Origin: Octopus sinensis
Lineage: Eukaryota
DNA length: 64,000 nt
Direction: 5' to 3'
NCBI RefSeq assembly: GCF_006345805.1
Contig: NC_043000.1
Coordinates: 62,682,001-62,746,000, forward strand
This document shows positions 53,213 through 64,000 of this stretch, one piece after another. The translations under genes were made by a program, and so were the position numbers. The notes under the pieces were generated by a model. The model was given only the letters and a program-made list of their open reading frames with translations, made no database searches and was not told where the DNA came from. Numbering within the stretch: position 1 is the first letter of the stretch; the number at the start of each line of letters is the position of its first letter.

Positions 53213-53498
53213 TATATGTATATAGTGTAATGACCAAGGGTTGTAAATAATTCATTGGAACCTTTCCAATCAATTATTTTTCCTAATTGGGATACAGGCC
53301 AATCAGTTATTGCAATTAATTGTCAATTGGGCAAGACTTCCGCCCCCCCCCAAAAAAAAACCCCACCCTTTTTAAAACATTTTTTTTTCGACACAACTCC
53401 CCCCACCCCTTCGGCTACAGGGAATATGTATCTGCAAAAAAAAACATTTCTAAATCACCCCTTTTCCTTCTTTTAAAACTTTTTTCACAATTTTTTTT

Positions 53499-53760
53499 TC
53501 AAAATATGCGGGAAAATACGGAGATTATGATTCTGAAAAAAATTTCCAAAAATCTTTGTAAAATTTTTTTAAAGAATTTTTTCTTTTTTTCTAAATATGC
53601 GGAAAGTCCAATGAAATGCGTCGAACCCCTAGACCAACCGTCGATTACCAATGAGAATTTACTCGGAAATTCATCAGATATTTTCTTTTCCACTTCTTGA
53701 GTAAGTTTCTCCATGTATTTCTTTAAGGCCATATTTGTCATACTTCCCAAGTTTGTGTAC
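53499..53760 (-). mobile_element. hAT-like transposase fragment
   Basis: 'LKKYMEKLTQEVEKKISDEFPSKFSLVIDGWSRGSTHFIG' contains the DxW first catalytic motif. Confidence 0.7.
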
Positions 53761-54610
53761 TCACGAGTCAGGCAGAATTTCCGTGCCAGTAAAGTTTATC
53801 TCGAACTGGCAGAGGTCTTCGATAGCCCTACTTGGCCAGAGTTTTCTGGAAGTTATCTATGGTAGTCTCCGGGTCGAATGTCTTCCGAAACTGACCAGTT
53901 AATTCGTCCTCGTCGATACCTTGAGTTTTCTCGAGAACATCATCGCTCTTATCCACCACAAGATATTTATATATTGCTATCATAGAACTTCCACCCACCG
54001 CATTGCCCGACTGGAAAAGAGGAGTGTGCGCTTGACATTCTAGATGCCTGGAGCCAAAATCTTAATCCCTACTTGATTGAGAACTACAGCTCCGTCAAGA
54101 GACGAGCTGCGGAAAGGCATTTTACAAACGGAGAACACACTAAGCGTCTAGGATAATATGCAGGCGAAGCAGCTTCAGCGCAAGTTTGGCTACCAATAGC
54201 CACAGCATGCCAAGCCCGCCTTCAGGAGAGCGCCGGAACGAGTGGTCAGTGGAACACGTCCATCATACAGGAAGCAAAAAAGTAGACGATTCAGTTTGAG
54301 CATACGGGAACTGTGGCAAACATTTCACTAATAATCTCTCTCTCTCATTTATTCTCTTATCCACTCACATTCACTTAAAAGTAAACAACTTTTAGGTAAA
54401 ACCGAGTTAGGTAAAACACATGTCAAGTAACAAAAGTAAATAAGATAAATGTATATATATAAACACGAAAATAGAGTCAGTAACAGAGATAACTATATGA
54501 AATATTTACAAAATAGGTTTTTGCGCATTTTATGTGCACAGACACAACAGAGAGCGCGCGAAATATGTAGAGAAAATAAGACAAATGCTACTAAAATAGG
54601 AGTTACCTAC

Positions 54611-54649
54611 CTTGATGGTGATCTCTTTCATTTGTGTCACAGTCGACAT
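54611..54649 (-). other. Candidate first exon of a minus-strand transcript (ATG..MSTVTQMKEITIK)
   Basis: An ATG, 13 open codons and a strong donor AAG|GTAGGT, in CpG-retaining non-repeat sequence. Confidence 0.4.
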
Positions 54650-55444
54650 GCCAGTTGTATCCGAACGATTACATTAAAGAGGACTCTATTTACGTTTCTA
54701 GTAAGTCTACTGATCCAAACGTTTCTAAAAATTGTTTTCTTGTATCAAGATAAATACCTTAATTATGCTTTTTATGTGTGTGAATTGATATTTGCATTAA
54801 CAGTTTAAATTTTCAATTGTCAAACGTATAGAAGCGACATCGAAAATGAAAATAAACAATGTGGTCTCCTTAGAAGGACATTTCATTGACATGGTTTAGG
54901 AAGGATAACCTTTCTCAGGACAAAAACATACAAAGAATGACCAGACTGACGGAACAATTCAGCCATGAACGTCATGAAATTCGTTAACGAAACAATTCTT
55001 CAAACATATATTTTGGCATGTCTATACGAGTTTCCCCCTCCCCCAACCTCTAGAATATGCTTTCTCATAACTTTCAGAAAATGGTTATTTTTTGAATGAA
55101 CATTTTCTCGAAATATCTTTCAGATGGTGTGGATTACAATTATATCAGAATTTAATCAGAATTTTTTTTAAATTTCAAGTTTCATTTTGTAGATATCTCT
55201 GTGATATACGCACGCCCATCATTTTTCCCTTTTTCCACATGAAATTTCAATATAATTGGAAACAATATCCTCTGAAAGACTCATTAAAAAAATATTCATT
55301 TTACAGTAAGTTATGCGGAAATAAACTCGAGAGAGGGGTACAATTGTGTAGGTATGCCTGTACATTTAACAGCTTTCTTCGCATTTTAACTGTGTAAATG
55401 TAATTGTATAAAAAAAAACGTGTGTGTGTGTATATATATATATA

Positions 55445-56325
55445 TATTACTTTGGTAAGAAAGTTCTTGGACAAGTCATTGTTGCGGATCCAATGCAAAC
55501 TGCACGTCAACTTTCGGTACAGTTTGGCATCTCCCATGTCACGGTCATCAACCACCTGCATCGTTTCGGCAAGGTCAGCAAGCTTGGAAAATAGGTGCCA
55601 CCTGAATTAACTGAAGCGAACAAACAACAAGCACGTGTCACTGCATGTCAAAGTCTGCTCTTGCGAAGCCGAAGATTCGATTGGTTGGAGTCAGTAATCA
55701 CATGGATGAAAATTTGGTACGGTACTCCAACGTGAGGCACAGACGATCCTGGTGTAGCAAAGGTCAACAGCCAAAACCTTCGCCAAAAGGACCGCTTGTG
55801 CAAAAGAAGGTGATGATCTCAGTTTGGTAGGATTGGCGTGGTGTGATCTTGTTGGATCTACTCCCACGCAATACCACAGTTGACAAGGATGCCTACTGCG
55901 AATAAATCGATCGTCTAAAGATCACGCTGGCCGAAAAATGCTCAAATTTGAAGAAGATAATTTACCACCAAGACAATGTGCCAGCACATCGTGCAAAGAA
56001 GACTTCAGAGAAGTTGAAGGAGGCAGGCTGGGAGATTATGGTGCATCCACCGTATTCTCCTGACTGTGCCCCTTCTGACTACCACTTATTATCTGCCTTG
56101 CAATGCACAATTAGTGATACAGAGTTCGAAAACGACGAAGATGTGAAATTGTTCCTTTATGAATTTATCGATTCAAAGCCATGCAATTTCTGGATGAAAG
56201 GATTCAAAACTTTGCCTGAAAGATGGCAAAGGTGATCGATAACAAGGGTGATTACCTTTGCTGTTTTTTTAATTGTTAATAAAGTGATATGTTAAGTGTC
56301 CAAGAACTTTCTTACCAAACTGATA
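55445..56325 (+). mobile_element. Internally deleted mariner transposon
   Basis: TIRs TTTGGTAAGAAAGTTCTTGGACA / TGTCCAAGAACTTTCTTACCAAA. Motifs 'KVMISVW', 'HQDNVPAH' and 'HPPYSPDCAPSDYHL'. The N-terminus is missing. Confidence 0.93.
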
Positions 56326-57310
56326 TATAGCAATGATAGTATTGTTTGGTCCAGTCTAGTACCAACTCCAGCAGATTTTTGTTGTATAAACGACAAAATC
56401 CTTCATGGAACTCTGAAAAATAGCAACTGGGATACTTTGCATTGCCTAAATTTTTTGTTTTGCAGTAACCCTTCAACTGTGTTTGTGCAAGACTAAAAGA
56501 ACACGAACAGTGTATTGTCCCTTTGTTTTGTTTTTTTCCACAATTTATGTAATTTCCTTCAATGATCTAAATTTGTAATTTGTGAAAACTTTGTTAATGA
56601 CTTCTCACTGAAAAAACTACAAAGTAAAGATTCAGTCTACTCGCTGCACCTCTTTCGAGTTTATTTCCGCATAACTTACTACAATCGATATAAGTGAGGG
56701 GAAATTTTTCAATCAACTGAGATTATCCAAAAAATTTAGATTTAAAATTTTTTTAAAAACCGTAGTAGGGTGAGTTTAAAAAAACTTGAAAAAAAGCAAA
56801 GGAGATATCTCCAATAAGATCAGTTGATGGTAATTTTTGCACAACATAGACCAGGCATGAGCAACCGTTTTTGAGAAGTGGCCACATGAGACATGGCTGG
56901 CTCATCATCAGATGGGTCACACTGTTCTAAAAATTCAAAGCAAGTTTTATTAGATGTGCCATTTAGAAAGTCCCATAGGCTGCAATTTACCCTTTGCAAC
57001 ATCTAAATTATTAATTTAGATGTTGCAAACCAAAATGGATATCAGTTACATCCTGTATATCCTGTTTTATCACCAATATATAATAACAATCTGCTGGAGT
57101 CATTATAAGATTGGAGTAAAGGTGAATCTTAAGAATCAAGTAAAAAGTGAAAAATTTTTTCTTATCCCTCATGGAACTTTCCATGCAGTAACACTCCGTC
57201 AACAGCTTCATTATTGTGAAGCAACTTCCATGATATTGTATTGCATAAATACAACTTAATCCTGTAAGGTCTTTGCAAGATGCCTGTGATGGTTTTAAAA
57301 TACATAAAAC

Positions 57311-57580
57311 CAGTGGTGCACTGGGTCTAAAAATATTGGTTGCCAGGAGACTAAGGGAGCCTACCTGCAACTAAAGTGCTATCATTTAATTTTTTTTGTT
57401 GTTAAAAGTATTCTTTTCAACTCTCTACAAACACAGCCAGGCTGAAATAATTACTGCATTCTTTCAGAAGTGAATAAAAAATTCACAAACTTGAGGGGAT
57501 GAGCCCCCATATAAGGATTCTAATGGCACAGGGGCCCACTTGCCATCAGGAAAGCTGGCAACCTGGCCAGTCCACCACTG
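57311..57580. mobile_element. hAT-like MITE
   Basis: CAGTGGTGCACTGG / CCAGTCCACCACTG TIRs. The flanks CATAAAAC / CATAAAAA match at 7 of 8 bases. Confidence 0.75.
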
Positions 57581-57679
57581 CATAAAAACATATGCATTAC
57601 TCCAAAAATACAGTTTTTATTAAAGAATGAAGTTATTCTGTAAAGAAATTGTTATGTCAGTTCAAAAGTTTTCAATTTA

Positions 57680-57745
57680 AATTATTAAATTTATTTTTGA
57701 TCTGTATTGAAATTATTAAATTTATTTTTGATCTGTATTGAAATT
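57680..57745. repeat. 31-bp tandem duplication
   Basis: AATTATTAAATTTATTTTTGATCTGTATTGA occurs twice. Confidence 0.85.
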
Positions 57746-58765
57746 CTGTACTATATTACAGCACTCATCAGATTATAGATCGATGAGTTGTACCTTGGAA
57801 ATCACTCTGAGAGCAGCAGCTGCTAGACTGGATTATCTTCTTCATAGCATAAACCCTGAGTATTGTGATGTATGGAGAACAAGATATTGTTGAGGCAGCA
57901 AATTTCTTCTTTTTGTACACACATGCACAAACCTGCATGCACACATATATTTATTATATAGGTACAGGCCTGGATGTATGGTTAAGAAATTTGCTTATGG
58001 TTTCAGGTTCACTTCACCTACATCCCTGGGCTGACTGTGAGTGAACTTGATAGAAACTGAAAGAAGTCCATCATATGTATATAAATATATGTGTGTGTGT
58101 GTGTTTCCTTGACTTGACATCACATAATAGTTGTAAAATGATTGTCAGTCATTCAAGAAATGTCATTTATTTCCAATATTCTACAAGAGCATATCTGTCC
58201 ATGGGGAAATATTACAATGCTTGGAAACAGGAAAAGCATTCAGCTTTTTATTCTGTTTTAATAAATTATAAAGACGTCTGACGTAGTCAAAAGAATACTG
58301 TCAAATTTTTTATGCATGGATTGTTTTTTAAAACATGTAGGATTAATCGCAGTATTTACTACTATAATCCAGTGATGTTTGGATTCTCTGAATTGATTTC
58401 ATTCTGATGGCTCGGTTATGCTTGTTCTTCCATTAAAATTCTAATATGTATATATGGTTTCTCCTGTTATAGATAACAGATGAGGGCTCCGCAACTTCTT
58501 CCTTAACAACATGCACCGATAATTTGTTTATAGTTCATAGTAATCAAATGTTTGTCTGTACATTTGCTCCATCAAATTGACATTTTCTGTACAAGTGCAT
58601 TGTCCCATAAGCTTGATGTCAATGTGATCCTGGAACGACATAAAATGAAATGTTTTGCTGAAGAACACAACACAATAACACTCATTTCAGGAATTCAAAC
58701 CACAATGTCAAGATTGTGAGTGCAATATCCTACCACTAGACAATACAATGTGCCCTCATTATATA

Positions 58766-58803
<38 letters not shown>

Positions 58804-58984
58804 CAATATGCATGTATGTCAAGATATTTGCAACAAAATAGTAAATATAGTATTGAAAATATATTTTTAAAAAACCTGTAACAAAATAAAAGGAAAAATT
58901 ATTTATTTTCTGTCTAATTTATGTTTGTAATATTTTCTATCCATTTTATTTCATCAAGACCCAGTACTGTTGCACTTAAAAGAA

Positions 58985-59142
58985 ATGGAACAACTTGCAG
59001 AACAATTAGCTGAGACTGTTCAAGTCAAATTTGAACCCAATTCAACTGATGCTGTACACCCTCGTCTCAGCCAATATAAATGCCGAAAGAATATTTTGGA
59101 TCAAAATGAGCGACGGCAGAGGATATTACATATACAAAAACA
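58985..59142 (+). CDS. SNUPN: Snurportin-1, first coding exon (importin-beta-binding domain)
   Basis: MEQLAEQLAETVQVKFEPNSTDAVHPRLSQYKCRKNILDQNERRQRILHIQK matches the SPN1 'HPRLSQYK..Q.ERR' motif. Acceptor AG at 58957-58958 and donor GTAAGT at 59143, phase 2. Confidence 0.93.
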
Positions 59143-59225
59143 GTAAGTAACACATTGTTCAATAGAAAGAAGTGTAGAAACTATCAATGTCATGCAAAAG
59201 TAGTATTGTAGCAGTGAATAATCTC

Positions 59226-59436
59226 TTTTATCTCTTTCTCTTTTACTTGTTCCAGTCATTTGACTGTGGCCATGCTGGAGCACTGCCTTTAGTCGAGCAA
59301 ATTGACCCCAGGACTTATTCTTTGTAAGCCTAGTACTTATTCTATCGGTCTCTTTTGCCGAACTGCTAAGTTACGGGAATGTAAACACCATCATCGGTTG
59401 TCAAGCGATCTTGGAGGGACAAACACAGACACACAA

Positions 59437-59472
<36 letters not shown>

Positions 59473-59652
59473 CACATATATACATATATACGATGGGCTT
59501 CTTTCAGTTTCCATCTACCAAATCCACTCACAAGGCTTTGGTTGACCTGAGGCTATAGTAGAAGACACTTGCCCAGGGTGCCACGCAGTGGTACTGAACC
59601 CGGAACCATGTGGTTTGTAAGCAGGCTACTTATCACACAGCCACTCATGCAC
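59226..59652 (-). mobile_element. Full-length family B tRNA-derived SINE in a SNUPN intron
   Basis: Minus-strand head GTGGCTGTGTGATAAG..GGGTTCAGTACCAC, then CCCTGGGCAAGTGTCTT, with an internal (CA)n. Confidence 0.85.
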
Positions 59653-59947
59653 CTATAATAAGTTCAAATATCTTATTTCTCTTTTGGGAAGTCAATAACA
59701 ATCAATCTTTTATAAGTGACTTAATTCTAATCAATCAAGTGGCTTTCTTAGGTATTGGTGTAAGATCCATTTCATGGATTCTTCTCAGCAACTGTTTGTT
59801 AGCCATAATAAACTTCAATTACATATTTATTTCACAATTTCAAGGTATTTAGAGGAAGATGTTTAGGTGAAGTTAAAATACATACCTAGTGTACATTTTG
59901 TATTATTTGAAGTTGTGTCACCATATATTTTTTCCTGTCTTTTTCAG

Positions 59948-60092
59948 AAATCGGTTTGATTATCTTAAAAATATACGTCAACTTGTAGATAATAGTTGGG
60001 AATCCGAAGATGCTCAAGAAGAGGATGTATCTGCTGAAGAGTCTATGGAGTATGAAGTATTTAAAAAACCAGGAAGATTTTATCAAAATCAG
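59948..60092 (+). CDS. SNUPN: Snurportin-1, second coding exon
   Basis: TTTTCAG| (Q)NRFDYLKNIRQLVDNSWESEDAQEEDVSAEESMEYEVFKKPGRFYQNQ |GT. It is 145 nt and phase-compatible (158+145=303). Confidence 0.92.
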
Positions 60093-60499
60093 GTTACTTG
60101 GCTTTATTTGTTAAAACATTGATTTCTTCAAGTATAGATTTTCTTTCAACCTATTACAAGGCTTTACATTTTTGAGCTCATTCATATTTAATTTTGTTGA
60201 ATTTTGAATCTAGATTTTTTTTTTACTCCAAATCATCTTTGATTGAGCTGACTTATGATCAAAGACATTCAGTCTTTTTATATATATATCCTGGAATACA
60301 TTATTTAATGTCATTTTCTTTTTAAAATAGTAAGATGTAATTTGAGAGAGATATGGCTACTGTTTCTATAACATTGAGCAATAATAGAGAGGCTTCTTGT
60401 TGGCTTAAGTTTTTTATTCTTTGTGTCAGCGGTACTTTTATAGCCAAGTAAAACACCACCAAAGAAGCAAATTTTATATGCTAATATATTTAGTTTGTC

Positions 60500-60862
60500 A
60501 AGTTCAACTTTACCTTTCATCCCTTCAGGGGTTGATAAATCAAGTACTAATTGCATACTGGGGTCGATCTAATCAACTTGCCCTCCTCCCAAAAAATTTC
60601 GGGCCTTGTGCCTTGAGTAGCAAAGAATATTTTTCTAGCTTTTAAAGGCTGCGAGCTGGCAAAAATGTTAGCATGCCTGACGAAATGTTTAGCGGTATTT
60701 TGTCTGCCATTACGTTCTGAGTTCGAATTCTGCCAAGGTCAGCTTTGCCTTTCATCCTTTTAGGGTCAATAAATTAAGTACCAGTTGCATACTGAGGCCA
60801 GTCTAATCGACTGGCCCCCTCCCAAAAAATTTCGGGCCTTGTGCCTAGAGTAGAAAAGAATA
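60500..60862 (+). mobile_element. Truncated plus full family A SINE in tandem
   Basis: The core and the AAATTTCGGGCCTTGTGCC tail occur twice. Confidence 0.85.
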
Positions 60863-61728
60863 TATTTAGTCTGTTATCCTCATCATGGTTGTCAGATTTA
60901 GAACATTTTGACTATTGTACCTTCTGATCTTCAAGTACTTGTCACATTAGTTAACACTCTTGAATTTTTAGAACCAAACCCTTTATTAAACCTATGGGAG
61001 CAGATTACTCTCAATCCATTGTCCATGCCTGGAATAGTCTCATTAAGTATTCTATTACTTGTGATGATGCTCATTTGGTACTCTTCAACCAGAATATATA
61101 CAGGTTAAATGTCCACTAGATAAACCACTAGAATTAACACTTAATCAACAGTTATATTCATTATCCCATTGCCTAATAGGACAAATTAGATAGTGAAAAT
61201 TAAGAGCTTTGAAATTGACTTTAAGAAAATTAAAATAAAATTAGTCTGTTCCACATCAGAAATTTATGCAAGTTGATTGCAGTTGCTTGATCAACAAGAA
61301 ATTTACATTTAAATCTGTTTGTTTGCAATCAATAAAATTTTCTCTTATTTCACTCTGAGTTTCTCACAAAATGCCTGTGTGAGTAATTTATGGTAATACC
61401 ATATGTATGACAATTTAAGACAACTGTCTGCTCAAAGCTTGTGAGTTAAAATTTGCTACGAGCATTCCATTGTGTTTCCATTCTACTTTGTCTCAGTTTA
61501 TCTCCTTCATATAAATAGGTACTAGATCATCTTGGAGTGTTATCTGTCATCAACTGCTGTGTTATCCTTGTGAAGGTGTCTCTCTCATTCGTATGATGCT
61601 ATGAAACCATAGTTAAGCACCATTCCTTATTTAAAAAGCTCCTCTGTGCTGAAAAGATAATTATTTTACATATTCTTACCATATACGTCCCAAGTTCTCT
61701 AAATCTATATATATATACATATATATAT

Positions 61729-62198
61729 CCTGAACGCCTTACTTCCCTGGGCATGGACACATTGAAACTCCAACGTCTGGCAGCTGACTTGGCAGACACC
61801 CATAAAATTATCAACCATCGCACAAACAATAACTCTGAGCACCTCTTCAAACTCCACCCATCTAACACCCGTGGACATATTTACAAAGTAAGAAAACAGC
61901 ACAGCTCCCATGACTTCAGGAAACATTTTTTCACGCTGAGAGTTGCTGAAGCATGGAACAAACTGCCGGCATCGGTTGTTAGTTGTCGGAGCACTGCATC
62001 TTTCAAAACTTCCATGCTTCCTGAGATTCGCCAACACTACACTTGATTTTCTCCCCTCCATACACACACAAGCATGTATCTGACTCATACACTGTTCACT
62101 TTCCAGACATTTCTACATTACTGCATGTACTTTATATGCACTTTCTGACAAGTTGTGGTGCACCTGAGCACTGTATACAATAATTTCATTATTATTAT
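61729..62198 (+). mobile_element. 3' end of a CR1-type LINE with (ATT)n tail
   Basis: 'ERLTSLGMDTLKLQRLAADLADTHKII..TRGHIYKV..RKHFFTLRVAEAWNKLP'. Confidence 0.88.
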
Positions 62199-62216
62199 AT
62201 TATATATATATATATA

Positions 62217-62244
<28 letters not shown>

Positions 62245-62247
<3 letters not shown>

Positions 62248-62445
62248 TACGTACATATAAAAGGGATGACCTGTAAGTGGACAATCTATATTTTGTATCT
62301 TTTCATTTGTCTTGCTCTCTTACGTTCTGGCGTTTGCTAAATTTTCTTGAGAACATTTCTTTCTTAGTGGTAAGACCATAGTGGATCTTCTTCTAGCATA
62401 ATGGATGTCCACTTACAGGTCATCACTTTTATATGTATGTAATAT
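62245..62445. repeat. Short element with ~38-bp inverted ends
   Basis: ATTACGTACATATAAAAGGGATGACCTGTAAGTGGACA / TGTCCACTTACAGGTCATCACTTTTATATGTATGTAAT. Confidence 0.75.
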
Positions 62446-62936
62446 AATTTTTTCTGAAACTTCAGATTTTAAATATGCTAGACCACTGGTTTTGAATTGA
62501 TATTAATCAAATTAATATTCAATTTTTCAACCTTATTATTTTAAATTTATATGTGTGTGTTATACAATTTATCATCATCATCTATCAACTACAACTTGCA
62601 CTGGAATTACGCATATCCCAGTCTATCATCAGTGCTTCAACTTCCGCAGTTGTGAACATCAGTTTTCTACTGTTCTGTATTAGCATCTTGAAAGTACACC
62701 TATGGTTTATCTTCCCATGAAGCTGATCCCAGATAATGACACTGAATGCCAATAGATTATGTTAGACACACCACTCGTTTGCTTAAAACTATTGGAAATT
62801 GAAGTATATTACCAGTCCTATAGATTCATGTATTTTGTAAAACAATAGAAACCTTTAATTTTATTGGCCTCTCTCAAAGACTAAGATGATTTATAATTAT
62901 GTAGAACAGCTAAAAAAATATATCTTTTTTTTTTAA

Positions 62937-63156
62937 CCCTTTAGCATTCAAACCGGCCATATCCGGCCAAAATATTTAACCTGTTTTATATTGAAACTGG
63001 CCAGTTCTCGCCTCTCACCTCAGCCCTACCATGTCATTCTAAAACTAAAAAATAGCATCACTGCAATCTCTAAACTACAAGATAATGCATGATTAATTCA
63101 AAATAATATAAATAAACAAACATCACATTTGAGAGAGTAATCTGAACACTAAAGGG
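62937..63156. mobile_element. piggyBac-like MITE
   Basis: TTAA|CCCTTTAGCATTCA...TGAACACTAAAGGG|TTAA. Confidence 0.8.
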
Positions 63157-63503
63157 TTAAATTAAGAACAATACTAGCTTGCTTAGGTTTTAGACTTACT
63201 CCTCTATTCAAATTATTAGTGTGATTTGACAGTAGAGACTGCATTATCCAATACCAGACTACCTCTTTGTTTTGGAGTTACGAAGTAATTGATTGAATGC
63301 TCAATCCGTTGCTCAAATTTAATTGATTTTTCTTTTCTTTTTTTTTTTTTGTTTTTGAAAAGACCATCTTGAGGTAAAAAATTTATAAGATAAAAAAAGA
63401 AAAGCATAGTAGAACTTTTATTAAATGACATTCTTTTAGCTTTTTAATCTGTTGAAATTTTGTTGTGAGAATGTTTCCCTGATAACCTCATACACCACTT
63501 TAA

Positions 63504-63730
63504 TCCTTTCATTACCAACCTGGCTGAAACGGGCTCTGGCTCTGTAGTATAAATGTCTTGTTTTCATAAGTTTTGAATTAAAATCTTCCACTAAACTTTA
63601 GTCACAATTTATGTTCCTAACACTAGCTTAATGATAATGAAGTTATTTTACTAAATTCTTTGTTATATTTTAAAGTAATTGAAAGAAACACAGAGCATCT
63701 AAAAATTAAAAAAATGCAGTAGCGAAAGGG
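63504..63730. mobile_element. piggyBac-like MITE
   Basis: TTAA|TCCTTTCATTAC...GTAGCGAAAGGG|TTAA. Confidence 0.7.
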
Positions 63731-63947
63731 TTAAATATTTTATTCACTCTTTATGGTTACATACTAGCAACAGGTTTTTCTTATAGCAATAAAATATTGA
63801 CCTTTAAGCTGTTGTCTTCCTTGAGAATGTATTGGTGAACAAATTAATCTCCATTTTTAACTAACTGGAACCTAATAAGAAATGATGTTCAGCATACATA
63901 TGTACATAGATAAAATTAGACAAAGTTTATTTTGTTTTGTCTTCTAG

Positions 63948-64000
63948 CTTATGCTTTCTGAATGGTTGGTAGAAGTACCAATTGACTTTGAACAAGAATG
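63948..64000 (+). CDS. SNUPN: Snurportin-1, third coding exon (runs off the window)
   Basis: Polypyrimidine tract plus TAG| LMLSEWLVEVPIDFEQE(W), matching the conserved SPN1 'LMLSEW...VP' motif, phase 0. Confidence 0.93.

Overview
This is AT-rich, microsatellite-dense eukaryotic DNA. The SINE families and transposon mix look like a cephalopod (Octopus-like) genome, which is an inference from recognition. Two host genes are supported. One is an intronless-CDS PHPT1/Janus/Ocnus-family phosphohistidine phosphatase (45090-45467, minus). The other is the first three coding exons of snurportin-1 (SNUPN; 58985 to window end, plus). The two may be transcribed divergently from about 54.7-54.85 kb. A dead, inverted partial copy of the Janus-like gene lies at about 4.9-5.2 kb. 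The rest is mostly transposable elements: a Ty3/Gypsy remnant whose LTR carries a hairpin minisatellite, a Penelope-like element, two mariners, RTE and CR1 LINE pieces, two related Helitrons, hAT/piggyBac/Tc1 MITEs and many tRNA-derived SINEs. The most notable unexplained structure is a set of minimal type-I hammerhead-ribozyme motifs in at least five unrelated short repeat families, often in inverted pairs. One of these is fused downstream of a tRNA-like Pol III head (a SINE/ribozyme hybrid). Most copies carry inactivating-looking mutations. All calls are by eye; repeat boundaries are approximate.
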